Below, one piece after another: positions 28,527 to 39,621 of a DNA stretch of 64,000 nt. Positions within the stretch are counted from its first letter, which is position 1. The number at the start of each line of letters is the position of its first letter. Made by a program: the position numbers and the translations under genes. The notes beneath the pieces are model-generated. The model was not told where the DNA came from. It saw only the letters and a list, made by a program, of their open reading frames with translations, and searched no databases. This stretch comes from Thermoanaerobaculia bacterium (GTDB taxonomy: Bacteria; Acidobacteriota; Thermoanaerobaculia; UBA5066): assembly GCA_963719225.1 (NCBI GenBank), contig CAVRAY010000001.1, positions 192,001-256,000 on the forward strand, read 5' to 3'.

Positions 28527-29801
28527 GTGGGACTTTCCGAGCGCCTCCGCGTCCTCAGGACGGGGTTTACACGCACCTTCTGGGTGGCGAACACGATCGA
28601 GCTCTTCGAACGCTTCGCGTTCTATGGCTCGAAGGCGGTCCTTGCCGTCTATCTGAACCGGGCGGTGGGGCTCGGAACGACCGGAAACGACCTCGTCGGT
28701 CTTTACGGGGGCCTCGTCTTCGGGCTTCCGATCCTGGCGGGCGTCGTCGTGGACCGCTTCGGCTTCAAGAGGAGCCTCCTCGCGTGCTTCGCGATCTTCT
28801 CCGCCGGCTACACGCTGATCGGCCTCGCAGGTCTGCCGGCGGGGCAGCCCTTCATCGACGCCCTCGGAAAGAAGGGATTCGTCGTGCTCGCGCTGGTCGT
28901 GACCGCGGTCGGAGGCTCGCTCATCAAACCCTGCATCGTCGGCACCGTCGCGCGCACGACGACCGAGGAGACGAAGGGCCTCGGCTATTCGATCTACTAC
29001 ACGCTCGTGAACTTCGGCGGGTTCTTCGGGCCGATCCTCGCGAGCGAGGTCCGCCTGCGCCTCGGGATCGCGTCCGTGCTCTTCATGTCGGCGGCGGTCT
29101 CGGCCGCGCTCGTCCTCGGCACCTTCGTCTTTTACAAGGAGCCGGCGGGCGGGCGCGAGGGGCGCACGTTCGCGAAGGTCTTCTCGGACGCGGCGCTCGT
29201 CTTCCGGAACGCCCGATTCATCTCCTTCCTCGTCATCTTCTCGGGCTTCTGGATCATGTTCTGGCAGATCTTCTACGCGCTCCCGTTCTACGTGACGGAT
29301 GTCCTGAAGATCGCGCGTTTCGAGCTGCTCGAGACGGTCGACGCCCTCGGGATCATCTTCTTCACGGTTCCGGTGACGGCGCTCATGAAGAAGCTCCGTC
29401 CCATCCGCGCGATGGCCGGAGGCTTCGCGGTCGCGAGCGCCTCGTGGCTCGTCATCGCGTTCAGCCAGAGCTGGCAGGGCGTCGTCGTGGCGATGCTGCT
29501 CTTCGCGCTGGGCGAGTCCATGCAGGCGCCGCGCTTCTACGAGTACGTCGCGGACCTCGCCCCGAAAGAGCAGATGGGCACGTACATGGGATTCGCGTTC
29601 CTGCCCGTCGCGATCGGTGCGTTCGCAGCCGGGCCGCTCTCGGGGTACCTCATCGAGCACTACCTCAAGGGCGCCAATCCCGCAGGCATGTGGATCCTCC
29701 TTTCCGCGATCGGCTTCGGCGCGACGGTCCTCATGCTTCTCTACGACCGGATCTTCGCGCCCAAGGGAGGGCGCGCGTCCGAGGCGGACCGGACGCCGTG
29801 A
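28527..29801 (+). CDS. MFS transporter, POT/PTR-like
   Basis: ELFERFAFYG (ExxER motif), DRFG, ~12 TM helices. Confidence 0.88.
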   Translation: MGLSERLRVLRTGFTRTFWVANTIELFERFAFYGSKAVLAVYLNRAVGLGTTGNDLVGLYGGLVFGLPILAGVVVDRFGFKRSLLACFAIFSAGYTLIGLAGLPAGQPFIDALGKKGFVVLALVVTAVGGSLIKPCIVGTVARTTTEETKGLGYSIYYTLVNFGGFFGPILASEVRLRLGIASVLFMSAAVSAALVLGTFVFYKEPAGGREGRTFAKVFSDAALVFRNARFISFLVIFSGFWIMFWQIFYALPFYVTDVLKIARFELLETVDALGIIFFTVPVTALMKKLRPIRAMAGGFAVASASWLVIAFSQSWQGVVVAMLLFALGESMQAPRFYEYVADLAPKEQMGTYMGFAFLPVAIGAFAAGPLSGYLIEHYLKGANPAGMWILLSAIGFGATVLMLLYDRIFAPKGGRASEADRTP

Positions 29802-32800
29802 TCTTTCTCGCATTCCTGGCGGGAGTCGCGGCGCTCGCCCTCGGCGCATGGCTGAAGGGGCGCCTCGAGCGCGCCGCGGAGCGGGTCGCGCTGCTGGAGT
29901 GGGAGATCAAGGCGATGAGGGAAGAAATCAGGAAGATTTCTGCTCCCGTGCGGGCCGCGCCGGCGGCCTCGTCCCCTGCTGACTCATCTCAGGTGGTCAC
30001 GCCCGAATTTTCTTTGAAGGGGGAAGAGGGGGAAGAGCGCGTCGAACCGGTGGCGCGCGCGAGCGGCGCTGCGGCGCAGGCTGCGCCGCCGATCGCCTTC
30101 CCGATCCCGCCGGTCGCCTTCGCACCGCCATCCATACCCCCTTCTCAGCAAATCTCCGACGCGGCTGCTCCTGCGTCGCCTCCTGACTTCGCCGCTTCGA
30201 TGCGAGAGGGAGCAGAAAATCCTCCTGTCCCCCCGCCGCCGCCAGCGGCGCCGCCTGCGGCGGCGCGCGTCGACTGGGAGAGCTTCGTAGGCGTGAAGCT
30301 CTTCTCTTGGATCGCCGGCATCTTCCTGACGATCGGCGCGGTTCTCTTTCTGCGCTATTCGATCGATCACGGATGGCTGTCGCCGCCGGTGCAGATGGCG
30401 ATCGGGCTTCTCGTGGGAACGTGCCTCCTCGTCGCCTGCGAGCTCAAGGCCGCGCGCCGTTACGCCGTCACGGCGAACGCCCTGGACGCGGCGGGCCTCG
30501 CGATTGTCTTCGCTTCGGTCTTCGCCGGGCATGCCCGGTGGAACCTGATCGGCCTCGGCGCCGCGTTCCTCCTCATGGCGCTCGTCGCGGCGCTCGCCGT
30601 CGCCCTCGCTCTCAGGCGCGATTCCCTGTTCATCGCGGCGCTGGGACTTCTCGGCGGCTTCGCGACGCCCGCCCTCCTGACGACGGGCGAGGACCGACCG
30701 ATCGAGCTCTTCTCGTACCTCCTGATCCTCAATGCGGGGCTCGCGTGGGTGGCGCTCCGGAAGAGGTGGGTGCTTCTCTCGGTGGCGAGCCTGGTCCTCA
30801 CGACGTGCTATCAGTGGGGCTGGGTCGTCCGTTTCCTCGCGGGCGAGAACCTGGGTCTCGCGGCGGGAATCTTCCTCGTGTTTCCGCTCGTCTTCGCGGC
30901 GGCGCCCGCGCTCGCGAGCCGCGAGCCGGGTCCCAGCGACGACGTCTTCGGACGGACGGCGGCCATCGCCGCCGCTCTCCCCGCGCTCTTCGCGCTCTAC
31001 GTCGCGGGCGTCGGCGCCTACGGGGACCACTGGAAGCTCCTCTTCGGCTTCCTCGCTCTTCTGGACGCGGGGCTTTTCGTGCTTGCCGTCTTTCGCGGGC
31101 CGACTCTGCTGCATGCCATCGGGGGGATCGCGACGCTCGCCGTTCTCGGGGCGTGGTTCGTGAAGTCGATGACGCCCCTCCTCATGGAGCCCGGGCTGAC
31201 GGCGGCCGTGGGGTTTTCGCTCTTCTACCTCTTCGCGCCCGCGCTCGCCGGGCTTCTGAGAGGGCGCGCGACGCTCGCCGCACGCCTCTCGGTGCTCGGT
31301 CTCCTCGGGCACGTGCTGCTGCTGTTCGTCGCGACACAGAAAAGCCTTTCTCTCCCGCCCGACCCGCGAGCGGTCGCCGCCCTCGCCCTCGTCACCGTCG
31401 CCGCTTTCTTCGCGGCACGGCGCGAGGGGACGGCGGAGATCCACACGGGAGCCGTCGTGCTGGGCCTGAGCGCCGTCGTTGCGTTCACGTTCATCGGGAC
31501 ACGCGTCCCCTGGCCTGCCGCCGCGATCGCTGCCGCGGTCGCGTTCGCTCTCTGGGGCGTCGGAGCCTGGATCGTGGACGGCCGCCGTGAGTTCGCGCGC
31601 GCCGCATGCGTCTCTCTCGCGCTGGCCCAGATCGCGACGATCACGGCGTCGCTTGCGTCCGGGTCTCCGAAGCTCGCCGTGCCTCTTTCGGCGCTCGCGC
31701 TCTTCCTCGTCGCCCTTTTCGCGGTCGCGGCGGCGTCCGGGATTCCGAACGTGTCGTTCCTCGGCGGCGCGCTTGCGATCCTGGCAGCCTACGTCTGGCG
31801 ACTCGGGCCGCCGCGGCACGACCGCTGGGATCAGGCGTTGATCCTCGGCGCGGTCGTCTGGGCCGTCTGCCTGGCGCATCCCATGGTCCTCGGAAGGCGT
31901 GCCGCGCGCGCGTCGGAGCCGTACCTGCTCGCGGTCCTGGCGAGCATCGCCCTCTTCCCGCTCTTTCGCGTCTCGCTCGAGGAGGGCGGCTTTCATCGCG
32001 TCATCGGTCTCCTGCCGCTCGCGCTTTCGCTCGGGATGTCGGCGCTCCTCGCGCGCCTCCTGACGCTCGGGGTGCCGCCCGAGGAGAATCGCGGCCGGCT
32101 CGCTCTCGTCGCCGGAGCGGCTCTCGCCTTCGTGACCGTCGCGATTCCGCTCCAGTTCGAGCGCGAGTGGCTGACGCTGGGGTGGGCGCTCCTCGGCGCG
32201 GCGCTCGCGTGGCTGTGGGGGCGGATCCCCCACCGTGCGCTCGTCCCCTGGTCGCTGGCGCTCTTCGGGGCGGCCTTCGTGCGTCTCGCGCTCAACCCGG
32301 CCGTCCTCTCTTATCACCCGCGCGCGAAGACGCCCGTCTGGAACTGGTACCTCGCGGTCTACACCGTGGCGGCCGCGGCGTTCTTCCTCGGCTTCGCGCT
32401 CTTTCGCCGCGCGGGACGGGTTCCCTGGAACGGGGCCGTCCGCCTCCTGCCGGCGGGCGGGACGGCGCTCCTCTTCGTCCTCCTGAACCTCGAGATCGCC
32501 GACTACTTCGCCGAGGGAAGGGCGCCTTCGTTCAACGTCCTCTCGTCGTCGCTTTCCGAGGGGCTCGCGTACACGCTTTCCTGGGCGCTGTTCGCGATCG
32601 CGCTCCTCGTCGCGGGCCTCCTCGTGAAGAGCCGAACGACCCGGATCGCGGCGCTCGTCCTTCTCGTGATCACGATCCTGAAGTGCTTCCTCTTCGATCT
32701 CGCGCAGCTCGGCGGCCTCTATCGGGTCGCGTCGTTCGTGGGCCTCGCGGCGTGCCTCGCGGCCGTCGCGCTGCTCCTGCAGCGCTTCGTCCTCGTCAGG

Positions 32801-32818
32801 AGCGATGCAAAGTCCTGA
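29798..32818 (+). CDS. DUF2339 family large membrane protein
   Basis: GTG overlapping MFS stop; Pro-rich linker then WE.FVG....WIAG, GGFATP.L, K.FLFDL..L.GLYRVASF. Confidence 0.85.
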   Translation: MIFLAFLAGVAALALGAWLKGRLERAAERVALLEWEIKAMREEIRKISAPVRAAPAASSPADSSQVVTPEFSLKGEEGEERVEPVARASGAAAQAAPPIAFPIPPVAFAPPSIPPSQQISDAAAPASPPDFAASMREGAENPPVPPPPPAAPPAAARVDWESFVGVKLFSWIAGIFLTIGAVLFLRYSIDHGWLSPPVQMAIGLLVGTCLLVACELKAARRYAVTANALDAAGLAIVFASVFAGHARWNLIGLGAAFLLMALVAALAVALALRRDSLFIAALGLLGGFATPALLTTGEDRPIELFSYLLILNAGLAWVALRKRWVLLSVASLVLTTCYQWGWVVRFLAGENLGLAAGIFLVFPLVFAAAPALASREPGPSDDVFGRTAAIAAALPALFALYVAGVGAYGDHWKLLFGFLALLDAGLFVLAVFRGPTLLHAIGGIATLAVLGAWFVKSMTPLLMEPGLTAAVGFSLFYLFAPALAGLLRGRATLAARLSVLGLLGHVLLLFVATQKSLSLPPDPRAVAALALVTVAAFFAARREGTAEIHTGAVVLGLSAVVAFTFIGTRVPWPAAAIAAAVAFALWGVGAWIVDGRREFARAACVSLALAQIATITASLASGSPKLAVPLSALALFLVALFAVAAASGIPNVSFLGGALAILAAYVWRLGPPRHDRWDQALILGAVVWAVCLAHPMVLGRRAARASEPYLLAVLASIALFPLFRVSLEEGGFHRVIGLLPLALSLGMSALLARLLTLGVPPEENRGRLALVAGAALAFVTVAIPLQFEREWLTLGWALLGAALAWLWGRIPHRALVPWSLALFGAAFVRLALNPAVLSYHPRAKTPVWNWYLAVYTVAAAAFFLGFALFRRAGRVPWNGAVRLLPAGGTALLFVLLNLEIADYFAEGRAPSFNVLSSSLSEGLAYTLSWALFAIALLVAGLLVKSRTTRIAALVLLVITILKCFLFDLAQLGGLYRVASFVGLAACLAAVALLLQRFVLVRSDAKS

Positions 32819-32827
32819 AGTCCGGCT

Positions 32828-35671
32828 TCAGGGCTTCGCGGCGAGCCCCGCCGCGACGTACATCGGATCGTTCGTGCCATTGTCGATGATCGTCGCGTAG
32901 GCCGCCACGAGACCGCCCGACGGCGAGATGCGGATGAGGCCCGAAGGCGGCCCGTCGCCGAGGCCGCGTCCGTGGAAGAGATCGTCGATCTGGACGCCGC
33001 CCGCGAGCGGGATCGGCGTTTCGAACCGGTCCTCGAGGACGCCGCTCTCGTCGAAGAACTCGACGCGGACGCTCACAGGCGGGCCGGACACGAACGAGGT
33101 CGTGAGCTCGACGAGCGCGAGGTTCGTGCGGAAACCGCTTCCTCCCGCGGGCAGGAGGATCTCGAGCGATTCGCCGCCCGCGGCGGACTGGAAAGCGTTG
33201 AGCGCGGGGATGAGCAGGCCGTACGAGCCGCCCGACGGGTTCACCGTGTAGGTCCGCGAGGTCACGCGCACGCCGCCGGAAACGTCGGCGCCTCCGTCCG
33301 TCTGAAAGCGCAGCCGCGCGACGCCCGTCCGGCCGAATGCCGTGAGGAGCGCGTCGCGAATCACCTTCGATTCGCGGGGGAGGAGCGTGAGGACGAGGGT
33401 CTGCTCGCCCTCGTTCGAGCTCCAGCTCTTGGCGAGGAGGCGAACGGAGCGGACGCCGTTGGCGGGGTTGAAGAGGAACAGGTCGCTTCGATAGGCGGCG
33501 CCGTGGGCGCCGTCCGCATGGACGATCGCGGGAATCGTCCGCACGACCGTCGCCGGAATGTCCGGCGGAAAGTACATCGGGTCGTTCGTCGCGTTGTCGA
33601 TCGCGATGACGCCTACGACCGACTCGCCCGACTCCGGCGTCACGAGGAGGGAGCCCGTCCGCCAGAACGGCGCCCCCAAAGTTGCGGCGAGGTCGCTCAG
33701 CTGCGTCTGTCCCCAGGGAGGGGCCGCGAGGGAACCGGCGCCGGCCGAGGGATCGGCCGTGTCCGCGGAGAGGGCCAGCGTCGCCTGCGCGCCGCGCCCG
33801 CTCACGTCGGTAGCGATCAGGTTCGTGCGAAAGCCGGAGCCGAGGAGGCCCGCCGCGAAGGACACGGGGAAGCCGGCGCCGATCCCGGCGAAGACGTCCA
33901 CGGCACCGACCGACATCCCGTAAGAGCCGGCGGCCGTGCTCGTGTAGGTGCGGCTCGTGGCCTCGATCGAGCGGCCGCCCTCCGGCGTGAGGAGCAGCGC
34001 TCCGGACCCGGACTCGAGCTGGAAGAGCGAGGAAAGGACGTCGCTCTTCGTGAGGATCGCACCTCCCGCGAGCGTGACGGAAGCGTCGAAGGCCGCAGAA
34101 ACTCCGGTCGCGTTCGGAAGGAATCTCACCGAGACGGCGACCGGGTCCGGATCCGGATTCCGGAGCACGAGGTCCGTCCGCCACCGGCTTCCGTTCATTC
34201 CGTCCGTGCGCGCGGTCCCCGGAATGACGAGGCGCTGATGGAGCGAGCCGCGCACGACGCCCCACTCCTGGATGACGTCGCCGCCGCCGCCGCTGGCCCC
34301 CGACGGCCCGCCCGGAACGAACACGAGGGAGGGACTGCCGGAATCGAACAGGAAGGGCTCGCCGTTCGAGATCGTGTCCGGATCCACGTGTACGAAGGCC
34401 TTCATCGTCTGCTCGTTCACGAACAGCTCGTCGTAGGAGGCCGGCGCGGGGTGCCCGACTTCCCACACGGCGAGGGCCGGGTCCTTGAAGACGCGCTGGT
34501 CGACCTGCGGACGCGGGCGGTGCACCTGGACGAGGAGGCGCTTTCCCGAGGCGCCCACGTGGAGCGCTTCGACCTCGGGGCGCGTGACGTCGTGCCACGC
34601 TTCGACGAGACCCGTGTCCGGCGTGTGCAACGACAGGACGGTCGGTCCCGTGCCGCGCTGGAGGACCCACGCACCCGAAAAATCGGGTGTCGGGACCGCG
34701 AAGAGATCGGTCGGGCCCGGGTTGACGGCCGCCGCGATCTCGAGGCGCCCGCCGCCCGCGGCGAGAAACAGGGCGTGCCGGCTGCCGGTCGACGTGTACG
34801 TGTCGGCCTCGACGTACGCGCGTCCGTCGGGAGTGATCCACCCGTTTCGAAAGTACGTGTTGGCGGGCTTGTCGGTCAGCGCCTGCGAGCTTCCGTCGGG
34901 GTTCACGACGTACAGGCCGGGAGTCGCGTTTCCGCTTCCCGGTCCGGCGGCGGCGAGCGGGGTTCCCGAGAGAAGCGCACGTCGCCCCTCCGCGTCCGTC
35001 CCGACGAGCGAGCTGTCGCTCGAAGCGAAGGCCCGGCGTGCGACGCCGCCGTTCGCGAAGACGTCCCAGAGTCCGAGACGCGCCGAGTCCGATTCGAAGA
35101 GCGCGAGGAGGAAGGGGGACGCCGAAGTGCCGATGCGAACGGCCGAGTCGCGGGCGCGCACGAACGGGCCGCCGATGTCCGCGGACCACGGAAAGTAAGC
35201 GCCCGCCGAGGGCAGCGGAAGGACCGACCACGTCGTCCCCCCGTCGGCGCTGAAGAGGAAACGGTAAAGGCTGGTCGGATTCTCCCCCGCGGAGAGGCTC
35301 GCGCTCGTGTGCACGAGAAAGACGGGTGAAGAACCGGTCTCCTCGCGGGCCGCCGCGAAGTCGATGCCGGTATCGACGCCCCCCGGCGTCACGTCGCGCG
35401 GCTCTTCCTGGCCGAGGCTGTCGTGAAGGACGAGCCGCGAGGGTGAGGAGTAGCCGCACGACAGGCACGAGGGGCCCCCTCCGACGAAGGTCTGAATGCC
35501 GGTCTGCTCCACGAGGAGCGCGTGCCGGTTCGTCCGCCTCTGGACCGCGGGAATGGCCGTTCTGCTGGTGAGGGGGGCATACGAAATGACTCGCGCCGAT
35601 ACTGTGTCGGCGAGGACGAGGAGGACGAGCGACGCGAGGGCCGCGACGCGGCCGGGCCGGAAGATCGCCAT
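32828..35671 (-). CDS. Large secreted protein with two copies of a beta-rich module ending in DNxTNDP
   Basis: Signal peptide; repeats IPGTARTDG.NGSRWRTDLVLRNP..DNATNDP and IPAIVHADG.HGAAYRSDLFLFNP..DNGTNDP. Confidence 0.75.
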   Translation of the reverse strand: MAIFRPGRVAALASLVLLVLADTVSARVISYAPLTSRTAIPAVQRRTNRHALLVEQTGIQTFVGGGPSCLSCGYSSPSRLVLHDSLGQEEPRDVTPGGVDTGIDFAAAREETGSSPVFLVHTSASLSAGENPTSLYRFLFSADGGTTWSVLPLPSAGAYFPWSADIGGPFVRARDSAVRIGTSASPFLLALFESDSARLGLWDVFANGGVARRAFASSDSSLVGTDAEGRRALLSGTPLAAAGPGSGNATPGLYVVNPDGSSQALTDKPANTYFRNGWITPDGRAYVEADTYTSTGSRHALFLAAGGGRLEIAAAVNPGPTDLFAVPTPDFSGAWVLQRGTGPTVLSLHTPDTGLVEAWHDVTRPEVEALHVGASGKRLLVQVHRPRPQVDQRVFKDPALAVWEVGHPAPASYDELFVNEQTMKAFVHVDPDTISNGEPFLFDSGSPSLVFVPGGPSGASGGGGDVIQEWGVVRGSLHQRLVIPGTARTDGMNGSRWRTDLVLRNPDPDPVAVSVRFLPNATGVSAAFDASVTLAGGAILTKSDVLSSLFQLESGSGALLLTPEGGRSIEATSRTYTSTAAGSYGMSVGAVDVFAGIGAGFPVSFAAGLLGSGFRTNLIATDVSGRGAQATLALSADTADPSAGAGSLAAPPWGQTQLSDLAATLGAPFWRTGSLLVTPESGESVVGVIAIDNATNDPMYFPPDIPATVVRTIPAIVHADGAHGAAYRSDLFLFNPANGVRSVRLLAKSWSSNEGEQTLVLTLLPRESKVIRDALLTAFGRTGVARLRFQTDGGADVSGGVRVTSRTYTVNPSGGSYGLLIPALNAFQSAAGGESLEILLPAGGSGFRTNLALVELTTSFVSGPPVSVRVEFFDESGVLEDRFETPIPLAGGVQIDDLFHGRGLGDGPPSGLIRISPSGGLVAAYATIIDNGTNDPMYVAAGLAAKP

Positions 35672-35755
35672 CGAAGACTCCTTCGAAGCCGCTCCGTCAG
35701 CAGGGGTGCGGTTCACGAGGAAGTGTCGACCGGAAGGACGAGCTTTCCCCTGCCG

Positions 35756-38700
35756 TCAGTACTCGGCCGCCGGGAGCATCCTCAGGACGCTGCCGTCGGA
35801 GGTCTTCCCGTCGTTCAGTACGCCGTACGCGAGCCAGGTGTCGTCGCCGGAGAGCCGTGTGACGACCGCGTAGGCTGCCGTCGTCGAGGCGGGCACCCCC
35901 GCGGTGTCGAAAACGGACGACCACTGCGTCCAGTCGCCCGGCTGGAGCGTGACGGTGACCGGTATGCCCACGGCCAGCGAGGTCGTGGCGTCGTAGAGGC
36001 GCACGGACAGGGAGAGCGGGATCTCCGAGCCCCCGCCCAGATGGACGACCGCCAGATTCGAGCGCACGGAGGCGTCCCGCGCGAGACCCGGCACGAGCGC
36101 CGAGATTCGCGCGCCGCCTCCTTGCGCCGCGGCCGGATAGGCGACGCCGAACGCGCCGCCGGTGGCCACATCGGTGTTCGGGGTCGTCGTGCGCGCGAGC
36201 GCGACGGTCTTCGGCGAATCGAGGTTGCCGAGGTTTCGGAACGCCACGGAAAGCGTGCCGGCCTGGGGACCGGTCGACGGATCCGGGATGTTGATCCCCC
36301 GTAACCTCAGGTACGCGAGGATGTCCGGAATCGTCGTCTGCTGGTGCGCGGCGAGCGTGAAGGTCACGACGGGGACGCCGGTCGAGGATCCGAATCCTGG
36401 CGCCGGCCGATAGACGAGGTCCACGGGCGTAGAGAAGTTCCCGTCGTTCGCGACCGTCAGCTCGGTCGTGTAATGCGATCCGGCGGCGCCGAACACGTCG
36501 AGGACGACGGGCACGACGAGCTTGCGTGCGGCCGCGAGTCCGCCCGGGCGATAGAGCGGCAGGATCGAGCCGTCGGAGGTCTTCGCGTCGTTCACGACGC
36601 CATATGCCGTCCACGCGCCGATCCCGCTCGTCCTCGTGATCTTCGCGTAGCCGTACGCAGGCTCCGCGAGGCCCGCCTGCAGGAGGACTCCGTTGAACTG
36701 CCTCCACTCGCCCCGATGCAGCGTCGTGACGAGGGGCGCACCCGAGGGCGCTCCGCTCTGGTCGTACACCTGTATCGAGAGCGTCGAGGTCCCGTCGCCG
36801 CGGCCCGGGAGATGACCGACCGCGAGATTGGACCGGGACGTGCCGGAGATGCTGCGCAGCCCGTAGACCGCCCCCTCGTCCTCGGCGGCCTCGAGGTCGG
36901 ACGGCGCGTCGAGGAACGTGCCGAAGCTGCCCGAGGCGCCGGCAGTGTAGGCACGGGAAAATGCATAGACGTCATCGGTTGAAGAGGCGGTGTTTGCGGC
37001 TGAGATCGAGACCGAGCCGGCCGTACCGGAAGGGCCGGGCGCGATCACGAGAGCGTGGTCGCGGAAGAACTGGAGGGCGTCCGCTGCGCGAATCTCCGAG
37101 GAGGGCGCGAGGTCCACCGAGACGGCGCCGCCCCCGGCAAGTCCGAAGTCGGGCGCGGGGAAGAACTCCACCAGAACCGTCGCGGGCGAGGCCGACCGAT
37201 TCCCGATCGTGAGGTCCGAGCGGAAGCGCGCTCCGGTGGCCCCGACGACGTCCAGGACCACCGGGATGTACTTCGTGGAGGAGGAAACCGGCGCCCGATA
37301 GAGGCCGCTCCCCGCCGTGCCCGTATACAGCTGCGATCCGTCGGCGCTCAGATGGACGACTCGCGCGTCGACGCCTGGCGGAAGGCCCGCATTCTCCGGC
37401 TGCCAGCCGCCGCTCGTCCTTCGGAGAACGCCCGCCGTTCCCCCGCCCGCGAACGCCTTTCCGCCGCCTGCGTCGAGGGACGTCACGAACGCGGTGCTCG
37501 CTCCGAAGTCGTCCTCGCGCCACTGGCCCGTCGACGAAAAGATCCCGCCGGACACGGGCGCGGCGAAGAGGACGTTCGCGTCACCCCCGAGCGCCCGGAC
37601 GCCCGCGGGTGCGCCGGAGACTGCCTGCCAGGTCTGCGCGCGGACGAAGAGGTTTCCGCTCACGGAGGCGTAGAGCTTTCCGGCGACTTCGCGCGTCGTC
37701 TGCACCGCTCCGTTCGCGGGGAGCCCCGCGTTGTCGGAAGACCACGTGCTGGCCACGAGCCGCCACATTCCCGCGTTCGACGTGCCGCCCGCGATGCTGC
37801 CGCCGGAGACCGCGGCGAGCGACGTGATCGAGACGCCGAGTGGCAAGCCGCTCTCGACGATCGAGGGCGGCGCCTGCAACCCCGGCCCGAGCCCCCAGGC
37901 GTAGAGGTGGCAGTTCGTCGCGGCGAAAAGGCTCAGCGCGTTGCTCGCGATTGCGCCCACGTTCCCGCAGCCTTCCGGGGCGAGATTCACGGCGGGAGCG
38001 AAATCCAATGCGAGGCCCGCGCCGTGCGCGGCCGCAGCGGTTACTCCGCCGACCGTTTTCACGTCCGAGATGGAGGCCGCCCAGAGGCCGGTTCCCGCGG
38101 GGCTCCACGATCCGCTGGAAAGCCGTGCGACGGGAGCGCCGGCCGTGCCGACGTAGAGATCGCTTCCCAGCGTGCCGAAGCTCTTCGCCGACGCGACGAG
38201 AAGACCCGCATTCGTGGCTTGCCAGGAGCCCAGGAACGAGAGAACTCCGGCGTCCGCGGTCGCCGCACGCAGAGTTCCGCCGGCACCCGTGATGGCGCGC
38301 ACGTCGTGCGCCCCGAAGCCGGAGATCGGGACCCAGGCTCCCCCGAACGAATAGAGCGTCTGGTCGGTGCCCGCATAGAGCGTGCCGTTCGCGACACCGA
38401 GGGCCTGGACCGTGGAGGTCGAGGGAAGGCCGGTCGAGATCGAGGTGACGGTCGCGCCCGCGTACTGCGCGGCGCCGCCGCGCAGGCCGACGACGAGATC
38501 GCCGGACGTGACGGCCGCGGCCGTCACGAGCCCGCCGGGATTCGCGAGGAGCGCCCACGATCCGGAGGAGCGCTTCGCGACGCCGAGTCCCGCGGCCCAC
38601 ACGGAGGTCCCGTCCGTCGCCAGGAGAGACGGAAAGACGAGGCCGGCGGGAAGGGCTTCGGCGCTCCATGTTCCGTCGGCGGCGCGCCTCCACACTTTTT

Positions 38701-38989
38701 CTCCGTCGGCCGCGTAGACGGTTTCGGCAACGGCGATCGACGAAATCCTCTGCGCCGAGAGCCCGTCGAAAGTCCACGTGCCGGCGTCCATGCGCCAGAC
38801 TCCGCGCGACGTGGCGGCCCAGAGAGTCGCGCCGCTTCCGGCGAGCGCGGGGACGTCCGCGCCGGGGAGCGTGTTCGCGGGAACGAAGACCAGGCCCGCG
38901 TTCGAGGGCAAAGCGGCCAGCAGAACCATAAGGAGCGCGACCCGGATGGCGGGGGCGGGCAAACCCCGGAACTCGAAATGTCGTCTCAT
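35756..38989 (-). CDS. Large secreted beta-propeller protein with two C-terminal copies of the same module type
   Basis: Repeated LYAGT/W...N.GLP blades; C-terminal IPVVLDV.GA.GA.F/Y..NDAKTSDG twice. Confidence 0.75.
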   Translation of the reverse strand: MRRHFEFRGLPAPAIRVALLMVLLAALPSNAGLVFVPANTLPGADVPALAGSGATLWAATSRGVWRMDAGTWTFDGLSAQRISSIAVAETVYAADGEKVWRRAADGTWSAEALPAGLVFPSLLATDGTSVWAAGLGVAKRSSGSWALLANPGGLVTAAAVTSGDLVVGLRGGAAQYAGATVTSISTGLPSTSTVQALGVANGTLYAGTDQTLYSFGGAWVPISGFGAHDVRAITGAGGTLRAATADAGVLSFLGSWQATNAGLLVASAKSFGTLGSDLYVGTAGAPVARLSSGSWSPAGTGLWAASISDVKTVGGVTAAAAHGAGLALDFAPAVNLAPEGCGNVGAIASNALSLFAATNCHLYAWGLGPGLQAPPSIVESGLPLGVSITSLAAVSGGSIAGGTSNAGMWRLVASTWSSDNAGLPANGAVQTTREVAGKLYASVSGNLFVRAQTWQAVSGAPAGVRALGGDANVLFAAPVSGGIFSSTGQWREDDFGASTAFVTSLDAGGGKAFAGGGTAGVLRRTSGGWQPENAGLPPGVDARVVHLSADGSQLYTGTAGSGLYRAPVSSSTKYIPVVLDVVGATGARFRSDLTIGNRSASPATVLVEFFPAPDFGLAGGGAVSVDLAPSSEIRAADALQFFRDHALVIAPGPSGTAGSVSISAANTASSTDDVYAFSRAYTAGASGSFGTFLDAPSDLEAAEDEGAVYGLRSISGTSRSNLAVGHLPGRGDGTSTLSIQVYDQSGAPSGAPLVTTLHRGEWRQFNGVLLQAGLAEPAYGYAKITRTSGIGAWTAYGVVNDAKTSDGSILPLYRPGGLAAARKLVVPVVLDVFGAAGSHYTTELTVANDGNFSTPVDLVYRPAPGFGSSTGVPVVTFTLAAHQQTTIPDILAYLRLRGINIPDPSTGPQAGTLSVAFRNLGNLDSPKTVALARTTTPNTDVATGGAFGVAYPAAAQGGGARISALVPGLARDASVRSNLAVVHLGGGSEIPLSLSVRLYDATTSLAVGIPVTVTLQPGDWTQWSSVFDTAGVPASTTAAYAVVTRLSGDDTWLAYGVLNDGKTSDGSVLRMLPAAEY

Positions 38990-39090
38990 TTGGCGTGCCT
39001 CGGGCGCCCGAGAGCGCCTTTTTGCAGTGTACATGGCACGACCTGTGCGAATCACGCCCCTGGGGGACGGATTTCCAGAAGGAGAAAATC

Positions 39091-39414
39091 ATGAATCCAA
39101 AGCCCTCTTTCCGATGGTGCGCTACCGGGGCCGCGGCTCTGGCGGCCGCTCTTCTCGGTTCGTGTGTCGTTGGGCCTCCGCCGGGCGCCGTCTACGTGCG
39201 AACGCGTCCACCCGCTGACATCGTCGAGGTCCGGGGAGTGGCTCCGGGACCCGGCCATGTCTGGATCTCGGGCTACCACGCGTGGCGCGGCGGGGTCTAC
39301 GTCTGGGTGCCCGGACACTGGGACGCTCGTCCTCATCCGCGCGCCGTGTGGGTGCGCGGAAGATGGAGACAGCATCGCAATGGCTGGTACTGGATCGAAG
39401 GGCACTGGAAGTAA
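39091..39414 (+). CDS. YXWGXW/WXXGXW-repeat small lipoprotein
   Basis: SD AAGGAG; lipobox LGSC; VWISGYH.W, YVWVPGHW, VWVRGRW, WIEGHW. Confidence 0.88.
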   Translation: MNPKPSFRWCATGAAALAAALLGSCVVGPPPGAVYVRTRPPADIVEVRGVAPGPGHVWISGYHAWRGGVYVWVPGHWDARPHPRAVWVRGRWRQHRNGWYWIEGHWK

Positions 39415-39621
39415 TCTCGCGCCATTCGGTTCGATCCCGAGCGTCTGTTCGCCGACCCTCGCTACGCGGCCTACGCCGCGGCGGGGGTCGCGTCGGTCGA
39501 ACGAGGTACCTGCGACCCGATTTCCGAGGAGCTGGAGAGAGACTCTTCGAGTGGAAGAGGGGGAGGGAGCGAACGCGAGCTCACCGCCGCGTTCGCGCTC
39601 TCGACGCAGGGGCTTTCCTCT

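Noticed and set aside
39091-39414. YXWGXW protein as the precursor peptide of the tailoring cluster
   Set aside because: It belongs to a known, widespread lipoprotein repeat family and has its own lipobox; adjacency alone is weak evidence.
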